IMG/VR virus record: IMGVR_UViG_3300038825_000174
Location: 1-56,241 of that record
Reading direction: 5' to 3' (one strand)
Source of the DNA: a virus
Lineage: Duplodnaviria > Caudoviricetes
DNA length: 56,241 nucleotides
Position 1 is the stretch's first letter. Every line of letters begins with the position of its first letter. Under the pieces are notes generated by a model. It was not told the DNA's origin. It ran no database searches and worked only from the letters and a program-made list of their open reading frames with translations. The position numbers were made by a program, and so were the translations under genes. This document shows, piece by piece, positions 9,931 to 20,015 of the stretch.

Positions 9931-10003
9931 TTACTTTACCTTTCGTTAGGGCTAACTGTATGCCATGTTAGATGGGGAGTTAGGTAGCCAACATAGTGTG
10001 GAT

Positions 10004-13000
10004 TTATTTTTTACGTGATGAAGCCAATCCACCCTTCTTCATTCTTTTGGGTTTAACTTTGGGTTTAGCTAAACCACCCTTCTTTAGTCTCTGTGGTTTC
10101 ATAGGTTTGGTAGGTACACCACCTACATAAAATCCACCAGTAGGACCAAACCTTTGTCCTCTACCACCACCACCAGTTCCTATAGATGGTGTAGATGGTA
10201 CTCCAAATGTTTGTGGTCTTTGTTGACCACCTGCTGTTTGAGATGTATATACTGGTGTTGTAGTTGGTGTAAATGTTGGTTGAGGTGGCTGACCAAAGTC
10301 ACTACCAAAGAAATCATCTATACCTGAAGCAGGACCACCATCATCTCTATCGTCATCCTGTTGCACTCTTTGTTTACCATAATCTGTACCCATACTAGCC
10401 AACTTCTTTTTCAAAGTGTCAGCTTCTCTTTTATTTCTTGCTTCTAAGGCTCTTAAATCTTTTTGAATACTTAAAAGATCTTGTACACCTTCTGATGGCT
10501 TTTCAATTCTACGTACAGACTCTTCTGTATAATCTTCATCAACAGGTGGTACTATAGACTCAGGTACATCATAGTCTATTATAGGTTTAGTTAAATCAGC
10601 TTTTTCTGTTTCTATCCTCTTTACCTCTTGTGCTTTTACTGGTGTAGTTTCTCTTGGGTCTACTACGGCATAATTCTGTTCTTCATCCATACCCATATCT
10701 ATTGGGGCTGTTTGTGTAACAGGATCTGCAAATCCAAATTCTTGTTCTCCTAATTCTGTAGGAAGTCCTGATGGTTGTGGTTCTGCAAAGGGTTTTCTTC
10801 TATCTATATCCATGCCCATACCACCCTCTGTGATATATTTTTGAAACCCCTCTCTACTAGCATCAGCAAATGTTTTTGCATTGTTTGAACTTGACCCTAC
10901 TGCACTACCTGCAGCTTTTGTTGCAGCAGCTGTATTACCACTTTTTATTGCTTTCTCAAAATCAGTTAGCTCTTCACCTTGTTCTGTATTACTTAGTATA
11001 CCTATACCCTGTAATAACTTTTTACCTAAAGTACCTATACCACCTGATCCATTCTTCCGTAGACTTTCAGCAGTTGCTAACACGGTTTTTCTTTGTTCAG
11101 CAGTAAGTTTTCTTTTTTGTAATTCAGCTTGTACAGCATTTAGTCCAGTTGGAGAGTTTTTGTTACTTAAAGTTTGTCCTGCCATAATTGCTAGACCTGC
11201 AAGTGGACTAAAGAATAATGCAGCCCCTGTTGCGGCATATCTGTAGATGGGACTGTCGAACTGTTTATAATATTTTATTAATGTATCTTCATCCATTTCT
11301 TGAAGACTCTTATACTCTACTCCATCTACCATTGGTCCTCTAGGTTTTTCAAATGTAATTCCATCACCAATAGCAGGTGCAGGTGAAGCAGGTCCACCAC
11401 TGTCTCCACCACCTTCTGAATAACCACCACCTATATTGCTTTGTTGTTTAGGTGCAGACTCGTCTAGCTCATAGCCCTCTGGTATCTCCATCTGAGGTTC
11501 ACCATTAACAAATGGTATATACTTTACATCACCATCAGCATTTACATATCTCTTCATAACAACATTACCATAGCCAGTTCTTAGTAATGCGTCTTCCATT
11601 TCTTTTCTATCTTCATCTGTTATGGTTGGTGTATCGCCACCTGTAGGTCTTTTAAAACGTGGGTCATCTAATAATCCACCACTTTGCATCTTCTTTGGTG
11701 CATTACCAGACACTACAATAAGGTCTGCCATCTCAAATGGCACGTCATCAGGTATGGTAGCTTCCTCTGAGTTACCCATTTGTCCCATCTCTTCCATCAT
11801 CTTTAGACCTTGCTTTGCATCTTGTCGCATCTTCATTAAGGTATTAAGACCAATAAATCGCACCACATCAGCAGGAAAGACAAACTCACCCTCACTCATC
11901 ATCACAGGTATATCATCAGCTACTTCTTCTTTTAGTGAACCTGATGGCACTTTGTTACCTGACTTTGGCTCTGTCTCACCACCTTCATCACGTAATCCCC
12001 CTTCATTAAAAAGTTCCATTTGACCGTCCATCAGTGTTCCTCCCTTACTAAATCTGAATGTCTGTTTTTTTGGATCAAACTCAAAGTTTGATATGTCTAA
12101 CTCAGATGCAAAATCTTCATCAAAATCTGCCCCACCATAATGTGGCATCTCGTCTAAATATGAACTAACATCTTCATCAGGTTTTGCATGTTTTAATTTT
12201 ATAGTATTTAATTTTATAGTTCCTTTAGATTCTTTCTGTAAAACATTTACAGCTTTTTTAAAAGCTTTATCATAAAGATCCTTAAATCCCTCTTCATTAC
12301 CTCTTTCTCTTCCTATCATTCTATAACTAGGAATTACTATCTTATCTAAACCTTGCTCTTTAGCTAGTGCTATACTAGCCTTTAGACCCTTTAACATAGT
12401 TTCTGTTTTAGTTGTAATTGGTGTTTTATATTTTTCAAATATAGGTTCTTCAGGTCCGAGTGGTTGTGGATCATTTGCAGGATTTTTAGTATATAGATTT
12501 TCTTCAATCTTTTTAAGTTTTTGCTCAATAGCTTGTGCATTTACTCCTTCTAACCTACCAGTGCTTGTATCTCCTTTATACTCTAAAACTGAGTATAACA
12601 TATCTAAGTCATAGGGTAAACCAAGAATGTGTGATCTTGCATCATTTTCTATAGCATACGCATGTATCTTTCTAATACCATCTTCAACTAACTTTTGATT
12701 TTGTTTATCAGTCTTATCTATATAATTTTCTACATCAAATTTAGGATCATTTCTTAGCGACTTGTAACCTCGTTTATACTCCTCTATAAGATTTTCTGCT
12801 ATTTTTATCTGAGATAGTCTATATGTAGAGGGAATATCCTCACCCTGTATGTCTAAATCAAGTGCTTTGTCTGCTTCTCTTATATTTCCATAATTTGTAT
12901 TATCATAAGCTAACATCATTGAATCAAATTCAAAATTAGGAGTGTTGAATCTTTGATGCACCTCCTCATAAAAATTCTTTGCTATATAATTATAAGGATT

Positions 13001-13966
13001 AGTTGTTGACATAGAATAACTCATTATGTCATTTTCTAAATTTTCTGTTATTTCTTCTACATCAAAATTAGGATCATCAGTATATCTATCTGTTTTTAAT
13101 TTATATTTAGTAATACCCTCAACATCTTCTTCATTAAGAAGAATGTCATCCATAAATGTATCTAGTTCATTAGCTAATTCAAAATTAACATCAGGGTTGT
13201 AAAGTACACCCTCTGCAGGTTCAGTTATACCTGAAGCTCTAGCAGCATCACTTTGTATTTCTTCTACTAATATGTAATCTTTACCATCTTCTCCTTGTCT
13301 GCGAGAAGCTCTAACATGGGCTACAACACCTATGGGAAAATGATCTTTAACTATATCTTCTACATCTTGTTCTACTTTAGGTGTATGTACAGTTACTTCA
13401 AAATAATTTCTTGGAGCATCTAATACACGTTGCCTTTGTGTATTATGAAAAATAGTATTTTTTTCTCTTAACTCCCTAACTCTTATGTCATAACCTTCAG
13501 GTATATTTTGAAGAGCTAACACCTCTTCTCTAAGGTATTTTTTATTTGGGTCTAATCTTATTTGAGCATTAGCTAATTCTGATTTTGTTACATTTGGTGA
13601 TCTTTTATTTATAAATGCTTCAATAGTTTGTCCTGTAGACCCTTCTTTAGCTATAGGCATCTGCTCTATTGTATCTTTTACAGGACTATAAAACTCTCCT
13701 ATCTTTCTAGGAATAGGTGCTTCTTGTCTTTCTTTAGCAGTTAAGTCATACAGTTCATCACTGTCAGGCAAATCCCTATACTCAAACTCATGAGCCGTTT
13801 CATATACAGCATCTCTTACTTGTGCTTTCTGTGTGTAAACTCTAGGCTTTGTAATAGGATTAGTGACTTTACCTGAAAGAGAAGATTTTTTTGCTTCTCT
13901 TTTTTGAATAAAATTATCTGGGTCAGGTTTTAAAAGTTTAGTTAAACCTTTACTTAATATTCCCAT
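10004..13966 (-). CDS. Large putative internal virion protein (1320 aa), apparently a two-part fusion with an internal start at 12031
   Basis: N-terminal half has EEIQSD; C-terminal half has DDIPVMMSEGEFVFPADVV; internal GGAGG RBS before an in-frame ATG. Confidence 0.6.
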   Translation of the reverse strand: MGILSKGLTKLLKPDPDNFIQKREAKKSSLSGKVTNPITKPRVYTQKAQVRDAVYETAHEFEYRDLPDSDELYDLTAKERQEAPIPRKIGEFYSPVKDTIEQMPIAKEGSTGQTIEAFINKRSPNVTKSELANAQIRLDPNKKYLREEVLALQNIPEGYDIRVRELREKNTIFHNTQRQRVLDAPRNYFEVTVHTPKVEQDVEDIVKDHFPIGVVAHVRASRRQGEDGKDYILVEEIQSDAARASGITEPAEGVLYNPDVNFELANELDTFMDDILLNEEDVEGITKYKLKTDRYTDDPNFDVEEITENLENDIMSYSMSTTNPYNYIAKNFYEEVHQRFNTPNFEFDSMMLAYDNTNYGNIREADKALDLDIQGEDIPSTYRLSQIKIAENLIEEYKRGYKSLRNDPKFDVENYIDKTDKQNQKLVEDGIRKIHAYAIENDARSHILGLPYDLDMLYSVLEYKGDTSTGRLEGVNAQAIEQKLKKIEENLYTKNPANDPQPLGPEEPIFEKYKTPITTKTETMLKGLKASIALAKEQGLDKIVIPSYRMIGRERGNEEGFKDLYDKAFKKAVNVLQKESKGTIKLNTIKLKHAKPDEDVSSYLDEMPHYGGADFDEDFASELDISNFEFDPKKQTFRFSKGGTLMDGQMELFNEGGLRDEGGETEPKSGNKVPSGSLKEEVADDIPVMMSEGEFVFPADVVRFIGLNTLMKMRQDAKQGLKMMEEMGQMGNSEEATIPDDVPFEMADLIVVSGNAPKKMQSGGLLDDPRFKRPTGGDTPTITDEDRKEMEDALLRTGYGNVVMKRYVNADGDVKYIPFVNGEPQMEIPEGYELDESAPKQQSNIGGGYSEGGGDSGGPASPAPAIGDGITFEKPRGPMVDGVEYKSLQEMDEDTLIKYYKQFDSPIYRYAATGAALFFSPLAGLAIMAGQTLSNKNSPTGLNAVQAELQKRKLTAEQRKTVLATAESLRKNGSGGIGTLGKKLLQGIGILSNTEQGEELTDFEKAIKSGNTAAATKAAGSAVGSSSNNAKTFADASREGFQKYITEGGMGMDIDRRKPFAEPQPSGLPTELGEQEFGFADPVTQTAPIDMGMDEEQNYAVVDPRETTPVKAQEVKRIETEKADLTKPIIDYDVPESIVPPVDEDYTEESVRRIEKPSEGVQDLLSIQKDLRALEARNKREADTLKKKLASMGTDYGKQRVQQDDDRDDGGPASGIDDFFGSDFGQPPQPTFTPTTTPVYTSQTAGGQQRPQTFGVPSTPSIGTGGGGRGQRFGPTGGFYVGGVPTKPMKPQRLKKGGLAKPKVKPKRMKKGGLASSRKK

Positions 13967-14198
13967 TGTTTACGGCATCCCTTAATTGACGTAGTCTTCT
14001 TAACATCATAATAGCACCTTGTGATCTATGCAGTATAACTAGATCGTTTGTCTGCTCCATGACTGCGTGGTTTTGTGCTATAAGATAATTTATATAATCA
14101 CTGAAGCTGTCCCATTGGTCCTTGTTGTTGACCAGTGGCTTGAGCTTGCTGAGTAGCTTGTCCTGTAGGTTGTGGGTTTGGCTGTTGTTGTTGTTCAT
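13950..14198 (-). CDS. Small conserved protein downstream of the portal
   Basis: HRSQGAI..LRRL..LRD motif typical of the small gene after podovirus portals. Confidence 0.55.
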   Translation of the reverse strand: MNNNNSQTHNLQDKLLSKLKPLVNNKDQWDSFSDYINYLIAQNHAVMEQTNDLVILHRSQGAIMMLRRLRQLRDAVNNGNIK

Positions 14199-16272
14199 TT
14201 CCTGAGAATCCTTGTTCCTGTGGCATAGGCACTTGTCCTGTACCTATGGTTGCACCACCTGCTCCTGTTGGGTCTTGTGCGTCTGCTCCTGCAGGAGGTG
14301 TTGGTGCTTCAGGGGGTTGCTGAAATTTTTTCATGATCTCTGCTTGCAATGCAGCTTCGTCCATGTTGTTGGTTACTTTATCTGGGTCTAGGTCTAATGA
14401 CTTGGCTATCTCTCTTATTACATACTGAAACTTTGCAAACGGTGCAAGTGCTTGGTTACTTGCTACCTGCAAGAACTGCATAAGTCTCTGGCTACGTACT
14501 TCATTAGCCATAAGACTTTCTGTGCCACGAGCTTTTACTTCTAGATCACCTTTTGTATTCTTATCGTAATTAAACTGCATATTAAATCTAAACAATCCCT
14601 CTCCTAGAGGTCTGAGCAGATAGTCATCTACATTCTTTATGACATTCTTTACACCACCACTTGCAGCATTCATCAACATAGATATACCTGATGCAGTTCT
14701 TCCTACACCTGACACACCTGTTTGTCCATGAGAGAAGCTAGGTAGTCCTGTGCTTTCATCTGCAAGCACTCGTGCCTTATCAAACAGTTGCATATTTTCA
14801 TTTGCTACATTTGGAAACTTCGTACCAAAGATAGCTTGTCCGGGTGCCCCACCTTGCCTTCTAAATATTTTTCCGGGATATACACTTAGGTCTTGTCCGG
14901 GAACTAGGTTAGTTTCATCTATCTCTATAAGCAGATTACCTGACATTACAGCATTGTCTACAGCCATACGCATAAAACCATTCATCAATGTCTGTGTATC
15001 ATCCATGTTCTCTGCTATGCCTACACCAAAGAAACTGTATGGGTTAAGCTCATAGGGTGCTGCCATGTAGGGTATCTTTGCAGGTTTGAATGGGTTAAGC
15101 ACCATTCGGATTACTTTGTTATTACACACCCATGCATTTATCTGCACTTCATCAAAGTCATCTAGGTCTTCTGGTAGCTCTATCTGTTGCTCTCGTAGCA
15201 TACTCACATCTGCTGTACCCCAATACTCTAGCACCTCAAATCGTGCTATTGCATGTTCTGGTGAGTAATCAGATAGATCATCTTCCCAGTATTCTTTATT
15301 ATAGTTCTCTCCCATAGCTATAGCATCTTCTATAACCTGAGATCTAAAGTGTGGTCTTTTCTTTAATGCACGTAGCTGTGTACGTGATAGCTTGTGTCGT
15401 TCTATCACATACTGTGCTTCATCCATATTATTTGCATCAGGATCAGGAAAGAAGTTCCATACTGATACATGTGAAACTTGTGGCACTGTTTTAAATACAG
15501 GAGAATACTCACCATCTTCATCCCAGTTTGGATATTCTTTATCTACAGCAAATGGTCCTTTCATTACACCTGTACCAAACAAAGCCATCTCAAAGGCTGT
15601 GCTTCTTAGATGTTTGTTGGCATTAGACTCTTCTAGCTGATCGTGTATTTTCTTCTGCATATTCTTTGCAGCAATCATAGCAGGACTAAATGTCACTGCT
15701 GTTGGTGTCTTGCCCACACCCTCTCTTAAATTATCTACATCATCAAACTTACCCTGTAATGGTCCTAGCTTTTCCATTAGAGTTTTTTGTGTAGCACCTG
15801 CAGGTAGATCCTGACCATCTCCTGAAAAGCCATAAGGACTTTCCATTTCATCTAATCTATTTCGAATGCTTTCAGGTTCTTTGGGATCAAAGCTTACGTC
15901 TGATACTACACCCTCTGGTAGAGTTGTAGGCTCTACTGTGAGTGGGAACTTATTGTTAGCAAACAATACGTCTATTATCTGACCGTAAGCTGCAAGTGTT
16001 TTTGTTTTTGTTACTTTAATAAATACTCGTGACTTCTCTGCTTCTGTAAACTGCACATCAGAACCATATAGACCTCTGTAGTTTCTATAGGCTCTTAACC
16101 ATCTCTGTTCGTCTTGTTCTCTGTAGTCATCAGCTTTTTTGTATCTATCCATAATAAATGGTATGATATTGTAGCTTTTAGATTCGTCCTGTCCACCCTC
16201 TTCAGCTACATCATCAATAGCTATGGACGTGTCATCCATCATTATTTCTTCTTCTGCCATATTAATACCCAA
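14098..16272 (-). CDS. Portal (head-tail connector) protein (probable start 16260)
   Basis: 724 aa after TerL; FGTGVMKGP, FFPDP, GVG.AENM, RTASGISMLM motifs; P/Q-rich tail. Confidence 0.85.
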   Translation of the reverse strand: MGINMAEEEIMMDDTSIAIDDVAEEGGQDESKSYNIIPFIMDRYKKADDYREQDEQRWLRAYRNYRGLYGSDVQFTEAEKSRVFIKVTKTKTLAAYGQIIDVLFANNKFPLTVEPTTLPEGVVSDVSFDPKEPESIRNRLDEMESPYGFSGDGQDLPAGATQKTLMEKLGPLQGKFDDVDNLREGVGKTPTAVTFSPAMIAAKNMQKKIHDQLEESNANKHLRSTAFEMALFGTGVMKGPFAVDKEYPNWDEDGEYSPVFKTVPQVSHVSVWNFFPDPDANNMDEAQYVIERHKLSRTQLRALKKRPHFRSQVIEDAIAMGENYNKEYWEDDLSDYSPEHAIARFEVLEYWGTADVSMLREQQIELPEDLDDFDEVQINAWVCNNKVIRMVLNPFKPAKIPYMAAPYELNPYSFFGVGIAENMDDTQTLMNGFMRMAVDNAVMSGNLLIEIDETNLVPGQDLSVYPGKIFRRQGGAPGQAIFGTKFPNVANENMQLFDKARVLADESTGLPSFSHGQTGVSGVGRTASGISMLMNAASGGVKNVIKNVDDYLLRPLGEGLFRFNMQFNYDKNTKGDLEVKARGTESLMANEVRSQRLMQFLQVASNQALAPFAKFQYVIREIAKSLDLDPDKVTNNMDEAALQAEIMKKFQQPPEAPTPPAGADAQDPTGAGGATIGTGQVPMPQEQGFSGNEQQQQPNPQPTGQATQQAQATGQQQGPMGQLQ

Positions 16273-17824
16273 ATGTTGCGTCTGCTACAGGCATTGAGTT
16301 TGTATGCCCACCTGCAGGATCATAGTCAAATATACTAAACCTTGGTCTTGACATTATACCATATCTCAAAGCGTCATACAAGTGATCTTCTGAGTTTGTA
16401 TCTATATCTTCTGGATTCTTTTTATCCAGTGGTATAGCAGGTAGTTGCGAGATGATGTTAGTACATGTGCTAAAAAAAACCAAACGTGGCTCTTCGGTGA
16501 ACTCATCAACTTGTAATCTTCTGTGTATTTCATTCTTACCTGATACTCTACTTCCTCGACTTCTGTCAGAAGGTCTGAACCTACAGCCTTTCATAATCAT
16601 TTGTTCTGCTAGGCTTGGTCCTGTATCCCCTCGTTTGTGCCAGAGTGAACTATCCAACACTCCATACTTTATATTACCGTCTTCTGCTTCTTCATCGAGT
16701 ATCATATCAGCCAAGTCTGTGGCTAATACTTTTGATACATACATCTCTCTGTATACTACTAACTGTTCTGATGGGCTAACAGCAAACCAGACAACGGCAG
16801 AATAACTTCCATACCCATAGTCACATGCCCTAAACTTAACCCAATTGCTAGGTATACGGAAAGGCTCAACCACATGTATGTTGCGATCAAACTCGGTGAA
16901 AGCTGCTCCCTCTTTAATATCCCAATCGCCTTCCAATAATTGTCTTCTTTGCTGTTCAGGAAGGGATAGAAGCATTGCTTCATAATCACCCTGAGATGAG
17001 AGATAAGGGTTATCTGTAAGTCGAGCAGGTATAAACCTACGTTTGAATAGTGGCTGTCCTGCTTTGCTGTGTCCTGCAGGATATTTGAGTTCTTCTCCAC
17101 TGTCAATGTCTGTTGCATTAAATGCCTTGTTATATGGTGCAGGGTCAATAAACATCTTCTTAACCCAATGATGTCCTCTACCTCCGGGATTGGTTGTTGC
17201 TCTCATGTACACTGGTAGATCTGGTGATGTAGATCTTAGTCGTGATCTCATGTAGTTCCAAGCAAATGGTGAAGACCACTGTGTAAGTTCGTCAAAACCT
17301 ATCCAACTAAATGCTAGTCCTTGATATCGTAGAACATCATCATCTCTATCTAGATATGACATCCATAGTCTTGCACCTGACGGAGCAACCCACTGCATCT
17401 TTCGTTCTGACCACTTGATACCGTTCCAGATTTTAGGGTACAGTTCTTGGCTTTTAAATATAAGCTCTCGTAGTTCCTCAGTGGTGTGACGCAAGAGTAA
17501 ACCACTGAAAGAAGGATGTCCCATATAACGTAAAGGATCAGCCAACATTGCGTAAGACTTGCCACCTCCTGCCGATCCACCATATAAAACTTCTCTTTCA
17601 CTTGCTGCTAGAAACTCTGTCTGTGGTCCTTCATTTGGTTTGAAGATAACATTACGAGCTTCTTCTATAGGCAGTAGTTCTTCTTCAATCAGAGGTGTCT
17701 TGGGCTGTGCTTTCTTTTGCACCTGTTCTTTTTTCTTCGTAGTCCTCTGCTTTTTGGATCGCCTTTTGGGCATAGTCTGCCCATCTGCGTAGGCTTGTAG
17801 CCTTGTTCTTTCGTTGTCTCTCAT
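16262..17824 (-). CDS. terL: Terminase large subunit (start codon uncertain)
   Basis: Walker A GGSAGGGKS, Walker B IGFDELT, ATTNPGG coupling motif, nuclease motifs DYGY and EDHLYDALRY. Confidence 0.93.
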   Translation of the reverse strand: MRDNERTRLQAYADGQTMPKRRSKKQRTTKKKEQVQKKAQPKTPLIEEELLPIEEARNVIFKPNEGPQTEFLAASEREVLYGGSAGGGKSYAMLADPLRYMGHPSFSGLLLRHTTEELRELIFKSQELYPKIWNGIKWSERKMQWVAPSGARLWMSYLDRDDDVLRYQGLAFSWIGFDELTQWSSPFAWNYMRSRLRSTSPDLPVYMRATTNPGGRGHHWVKKMFIDPAPYNKAFNATDIDSGEELKYPAGHSKAGQPLFKRRFIPARLTDNPYLSSQGDYEAMLLSLPEQQRRQLLEGDWDIKEGAAFTEFDRNIHVVEPFRIPSNWVKFRACDYGYGSYSAVVWFAVSPSEQLVVYREMYVSKVLATDLADMILDEEAEDGNIKYGVLDSSLWHKRGDTGPSLAEQMIMKGCRFRPSDRSRGSRVSGKNEIHRRLQVDEFTEEPRLVFFSTCTNIISQLPAIPLDKKNPEDIDTNSEDHLYDALRYGIMSRPRFSIFDYDPAGGHTNSMPVADATFGY

Positions 17825-18107
17825 TCTTTAATCTTTTTACCAAACCTACGTGAGATATTGTGCGTCCACTATTTTTAGTCAACCAGTTTGCTACTTCTCT
17901 ATATGAGAACTGTTTTGTGTAATCTCTAGCTTTTTCTAACAGGTCTAGCTCTATAGAAACTGGTAGGAGCATGTTGTTGTCTTCAGGATCTACCTTATAC
18001 CCAAATGGTATTGTTCGTGCAATACGTGGTATGGGCATCCACTCGTTCTCACTTTTCAGGTCAGTAGGCTGTGGTAGCTTCCACTTACCCAATGCTCTGT
18101 TACGCAT
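17685..18107 (-). CDS. Putative DNA-binding protein next to the terminase
   Basis: IPFGY motif and an HTH-like SYREVANWL..SGRTISHVGL segment. Confidence 0.55.
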   Translation of the reverse strand: MRNRALGKWKLPQPTDLKSENEWMPIPRIARTIPFGYKVDPEDNNMLLPVSIELDLLEKARDYTKQFSYREVANWLTKNSGRTISHVGLVKRLKNERQRKNKATSLRRWADYAQKAIQKAEDYEEKRTGAKESTAQDTSD

Positions 18108-18472
18108 TAGCCCTCTTCTGCATTCTTAGGTGGCATTAACATTACACCACCTGTAGCTTCTACTTGCATCTTTTCTGTTTTAACTAGTCCTGTTCTATCT
18201 AGCATCTCTCTTGCTGCAACCATCTTATCTCTTAGTCCTAGCTGAACAGGATCGTCAATACCACTTGCTATAGCCATTGCAGCCTTTGGTGCGTTACTTG
18301 CCATAAACTCTTGAGTAGCTTCTAGTATTTCTTCTTTCAATGCTTTTACAATCTGTGATGGTGTAGTATGTTCTGCATATCCTGCTAACTTAATAGCTCT
18401 TGACATATCACCACCTGCTTCTGAAAACAGCACATCTAAAAACTTCTGTTGTTTTTCTGTAAGTTGTCTCAT
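18107..18472 (-). CDS. Putative terminase small subunit
   Basis: LTEKQQKF...A...AGY N-terminal HTH pattern; size and position. Confidence 0.6.
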   Translation of the reverse strand: MRQLTEKQQKFLDVLFSEAGGDMSRAIKLAGYAEHTTPSQIVKALKEEILEATQEFMASNAPKAAMAIASGIDDPVQLGLRDKMVAAREMLDRTGLVKTEKMQVEATGGVMLMPPKNAEEG

Positions 18473-18473
18473 A

Positions 18474-18761
18474 TTAACACTTCCATCTTCTTCTAGCTTG
18501 TCGTAGTCTACTGTTTGGATCTTTGGCAGCTTTAGGAAACTGCTTCATTTGTCCTGCACTTCTAGCACAAAAAGACTTTCTTCTTTTTGCATCTTTGCTT
18601 CCGGGTTTTACTTTGCCTGTAACTGCTGTTTGTAATTTACTTCCGGGATTTTGTCTTCTATATTTTGCTACCCCTTTAGCAGTCATACCTGCCCCTAACT
18701 TAGTAGGACGTTTGTCACCACTCTTTATGGACATACCCTTCATGCCACTACCTTTTCTCAT
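18474..18761 (-). CDS. Small basic conserved phage protein (DUF6321-like)
   Basis: NPGSKL...RRKSFCARS...KDPNSRL...W.C motif. Confidence 0.6.
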   Translation of the reverse strand: MRKGSGMKGMSIKSGDKRPTKLGAGMTAKGVAKYRRQNPGSKLQTAVTGKVKPGSKDAKRRKSFCARSAGQMKQFPKAAKDPNSRLRQARRRWKC

Positions 18762-19231
18762 GTTGACAATTGAAAATGAGGACCATCAATAAATGGTCTG
18801 CGACCAGAACTCCTACGTAAGTCTACATAAGCGTTCATGGCTTGCTCCATAGTACCATCCCATTTGGCTATATCATCTATATGCCATGCAGCTCCCCAAC
18901 AAATTTTAGCTCCAGTTTCTAGTGCAGCTTTTTTCATTGCGTCTGCTATATCATCATACATCACGATGTCCCAACTTGGGTCACTACCATCATACGCCAT
19001 TAAATCGACAGCATGTGCTGTGCCGTCTTGTTGCAAAAGGTGTTTAGATTTCATCGTCTGTGATCGTCCTGCATCATAGAGCTTCCTTTGCTCTTCAACA
19101 GAACGCACTCCATATATCACTCCAAAGTCCACGGAACTCACTTCAATGGCACGTTTTACTGTGTCTATCATTAAAGGATTTACACCTTTTAATTTTCCTA
19201 AACTTCTATTTGATAATTTAAATGCCATCAC
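18758..19231 (-). CDS. Endolysin, peptidase M15 (L-Ala-D-Glu peptidase-like)
   Basis: G.RS.EEQ, SKHL...HAVD and DGPHFQ zinc-peptidase motifs. Confidence 0.85.
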   Translation of the reverse strand: MMAFKLSNRSLGKLKGVNPLMIDTVKRAIEVSSVDFGVIYGVRSVEEQRKLYDAGRSQTMKSKHLLQQDGTAHAVDLMAYDGSDPSWDIVMYDDIADAMKKAALETGAKICWGAAWHIDDIAKWDGTMEQAMNAYVDLRRSSGRRPFIDGPHFQLST

Positions 19232-19587
19232 TTCTTCCTCATGTTAAAAAATTTACCTGCAGATCGTGTGGCAAAGCTTGCACTTACAATAGCTCCTAAC
19301 GCTATCTGATACCACTGGGGCATACCTGCAAGTGCAGTAAACCCATCTGCTACTATTGCCCTACCCCATTCACCACAGAAGCTCAGTACTAGAGGAATGC
19401 TAAACAAAAGTGTAAGCCATTCGTCTTTCCACGAGGACTGTGATGCCCTCATAGCAGCTAAGTCCCAATCTATCTCACCAGTAGCTTCTTTCATACGAAT
19501 GGTAGCTTCAGCCTTTTGTATGGCTGTCTTACCTTCTATGTAAGAAGATGCTAGGCTAGATACAGAACTTAATATCGTGCCTAGCAT
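19228..19587 (-). CDS. Putative holin
   Basis: SWKDEW followed by TM segments and MPQWYQ; basic C-terminus; upstream of the endolysin. Confidence 0.65.
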   Translation of the reverse strand: MLGTILSSVSSLASSYIEGKTAIQKAEATIRMKEATGEIDWDLAAMRASQSSWKDEWLTLLFSIPLVLSFCGEWGRAIVADGFTALAGMPQWYQIALGAIVSASFATRSAGKFFNMRKK

Positions 19588-19673
19588 TATACGCAGTCAC
19601 ATTTATCGTGGCATTTCTTATTTAAGATAGCACACCATATTCTTTTAAAGTATCTCCATATTTTCCAGTTCAT
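19587..19673 (-). CDS. Small Cys-rich peptide (28 aa)
   Basis: MNWKIWRYFKRIWCAILNKKCHDKCDCV; ATGA and TAATG coupling on both sides. Confidence 0.45.
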   Translation of the reverse strand: MNWKIWRYFKRIWCAILNKKCHDKCDCV

Positions 19674-19897
19674 CGTTCTTCTCTTTCCATTCTTTTGGGT
19701 TCTGATTTCTCTGCTCCCATCCATATGGCGAAACTGCCTGTCATTGCTCCAGTAATCACAGATATTAATCCTGCTTGCTGTGTAGTCAACTCTGGCTGAC
19801 TCAAAGCCCATTCTATACAGCGAATGTAAACTCCTGTCATCACTAGCATCATAAGTCTTGGTAGTATTCGCCATTTGTCAAGAGTCTCTGGAGTCAT
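19670..19897 (-). CDS. Small two-TM membrane protein in the lysis region
   Basis: LDKWRILPRLMM followed by two hydrophobic helices. Confidence 0.6.
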   Translation of the reverse strand: MTPETLDKWRILPRLMMLVMTGVYIRCIEWALSQPELTTQQAGLISVITGAMTGSFAIWMGAEKSEPKRMEREER

Positions 19898-20015
19898 CTT
19901 TTTCCTTTATAACTTCCTCTACCCAGTCACCGTTATCACCAGTATGCTCACATACCTCACACTTATCATCCTCTATGTGACTGCCACATACTTCACAGGT
20001 AGGTTCGTATAGCAC
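19878..20015 (-). CDS. Small zinc-ribbon protein (45 aa, GTG start)
   Basis: Read manually: MLYEPTCEVCGSHIEDDKCEVCEHTGDNGDWVEEVIKEKDDSRDS; fills the gap between neighbouring genes. Confidence 0.55.
   Translation of the reverse strand: MLYEPTCEVCGSHIEDDKCEVCEHTGDNGDWVEEVIKEKDDSRDS

Noticed and set aside
17720-17745. Programmed -1 frameshift (A-AAA-AAG) joining 17685-18107 to TerL
   Set aside because: The heptamer is not in the reading frame of the upstream ORF, and joining the two ORFs would need a +1 shift.
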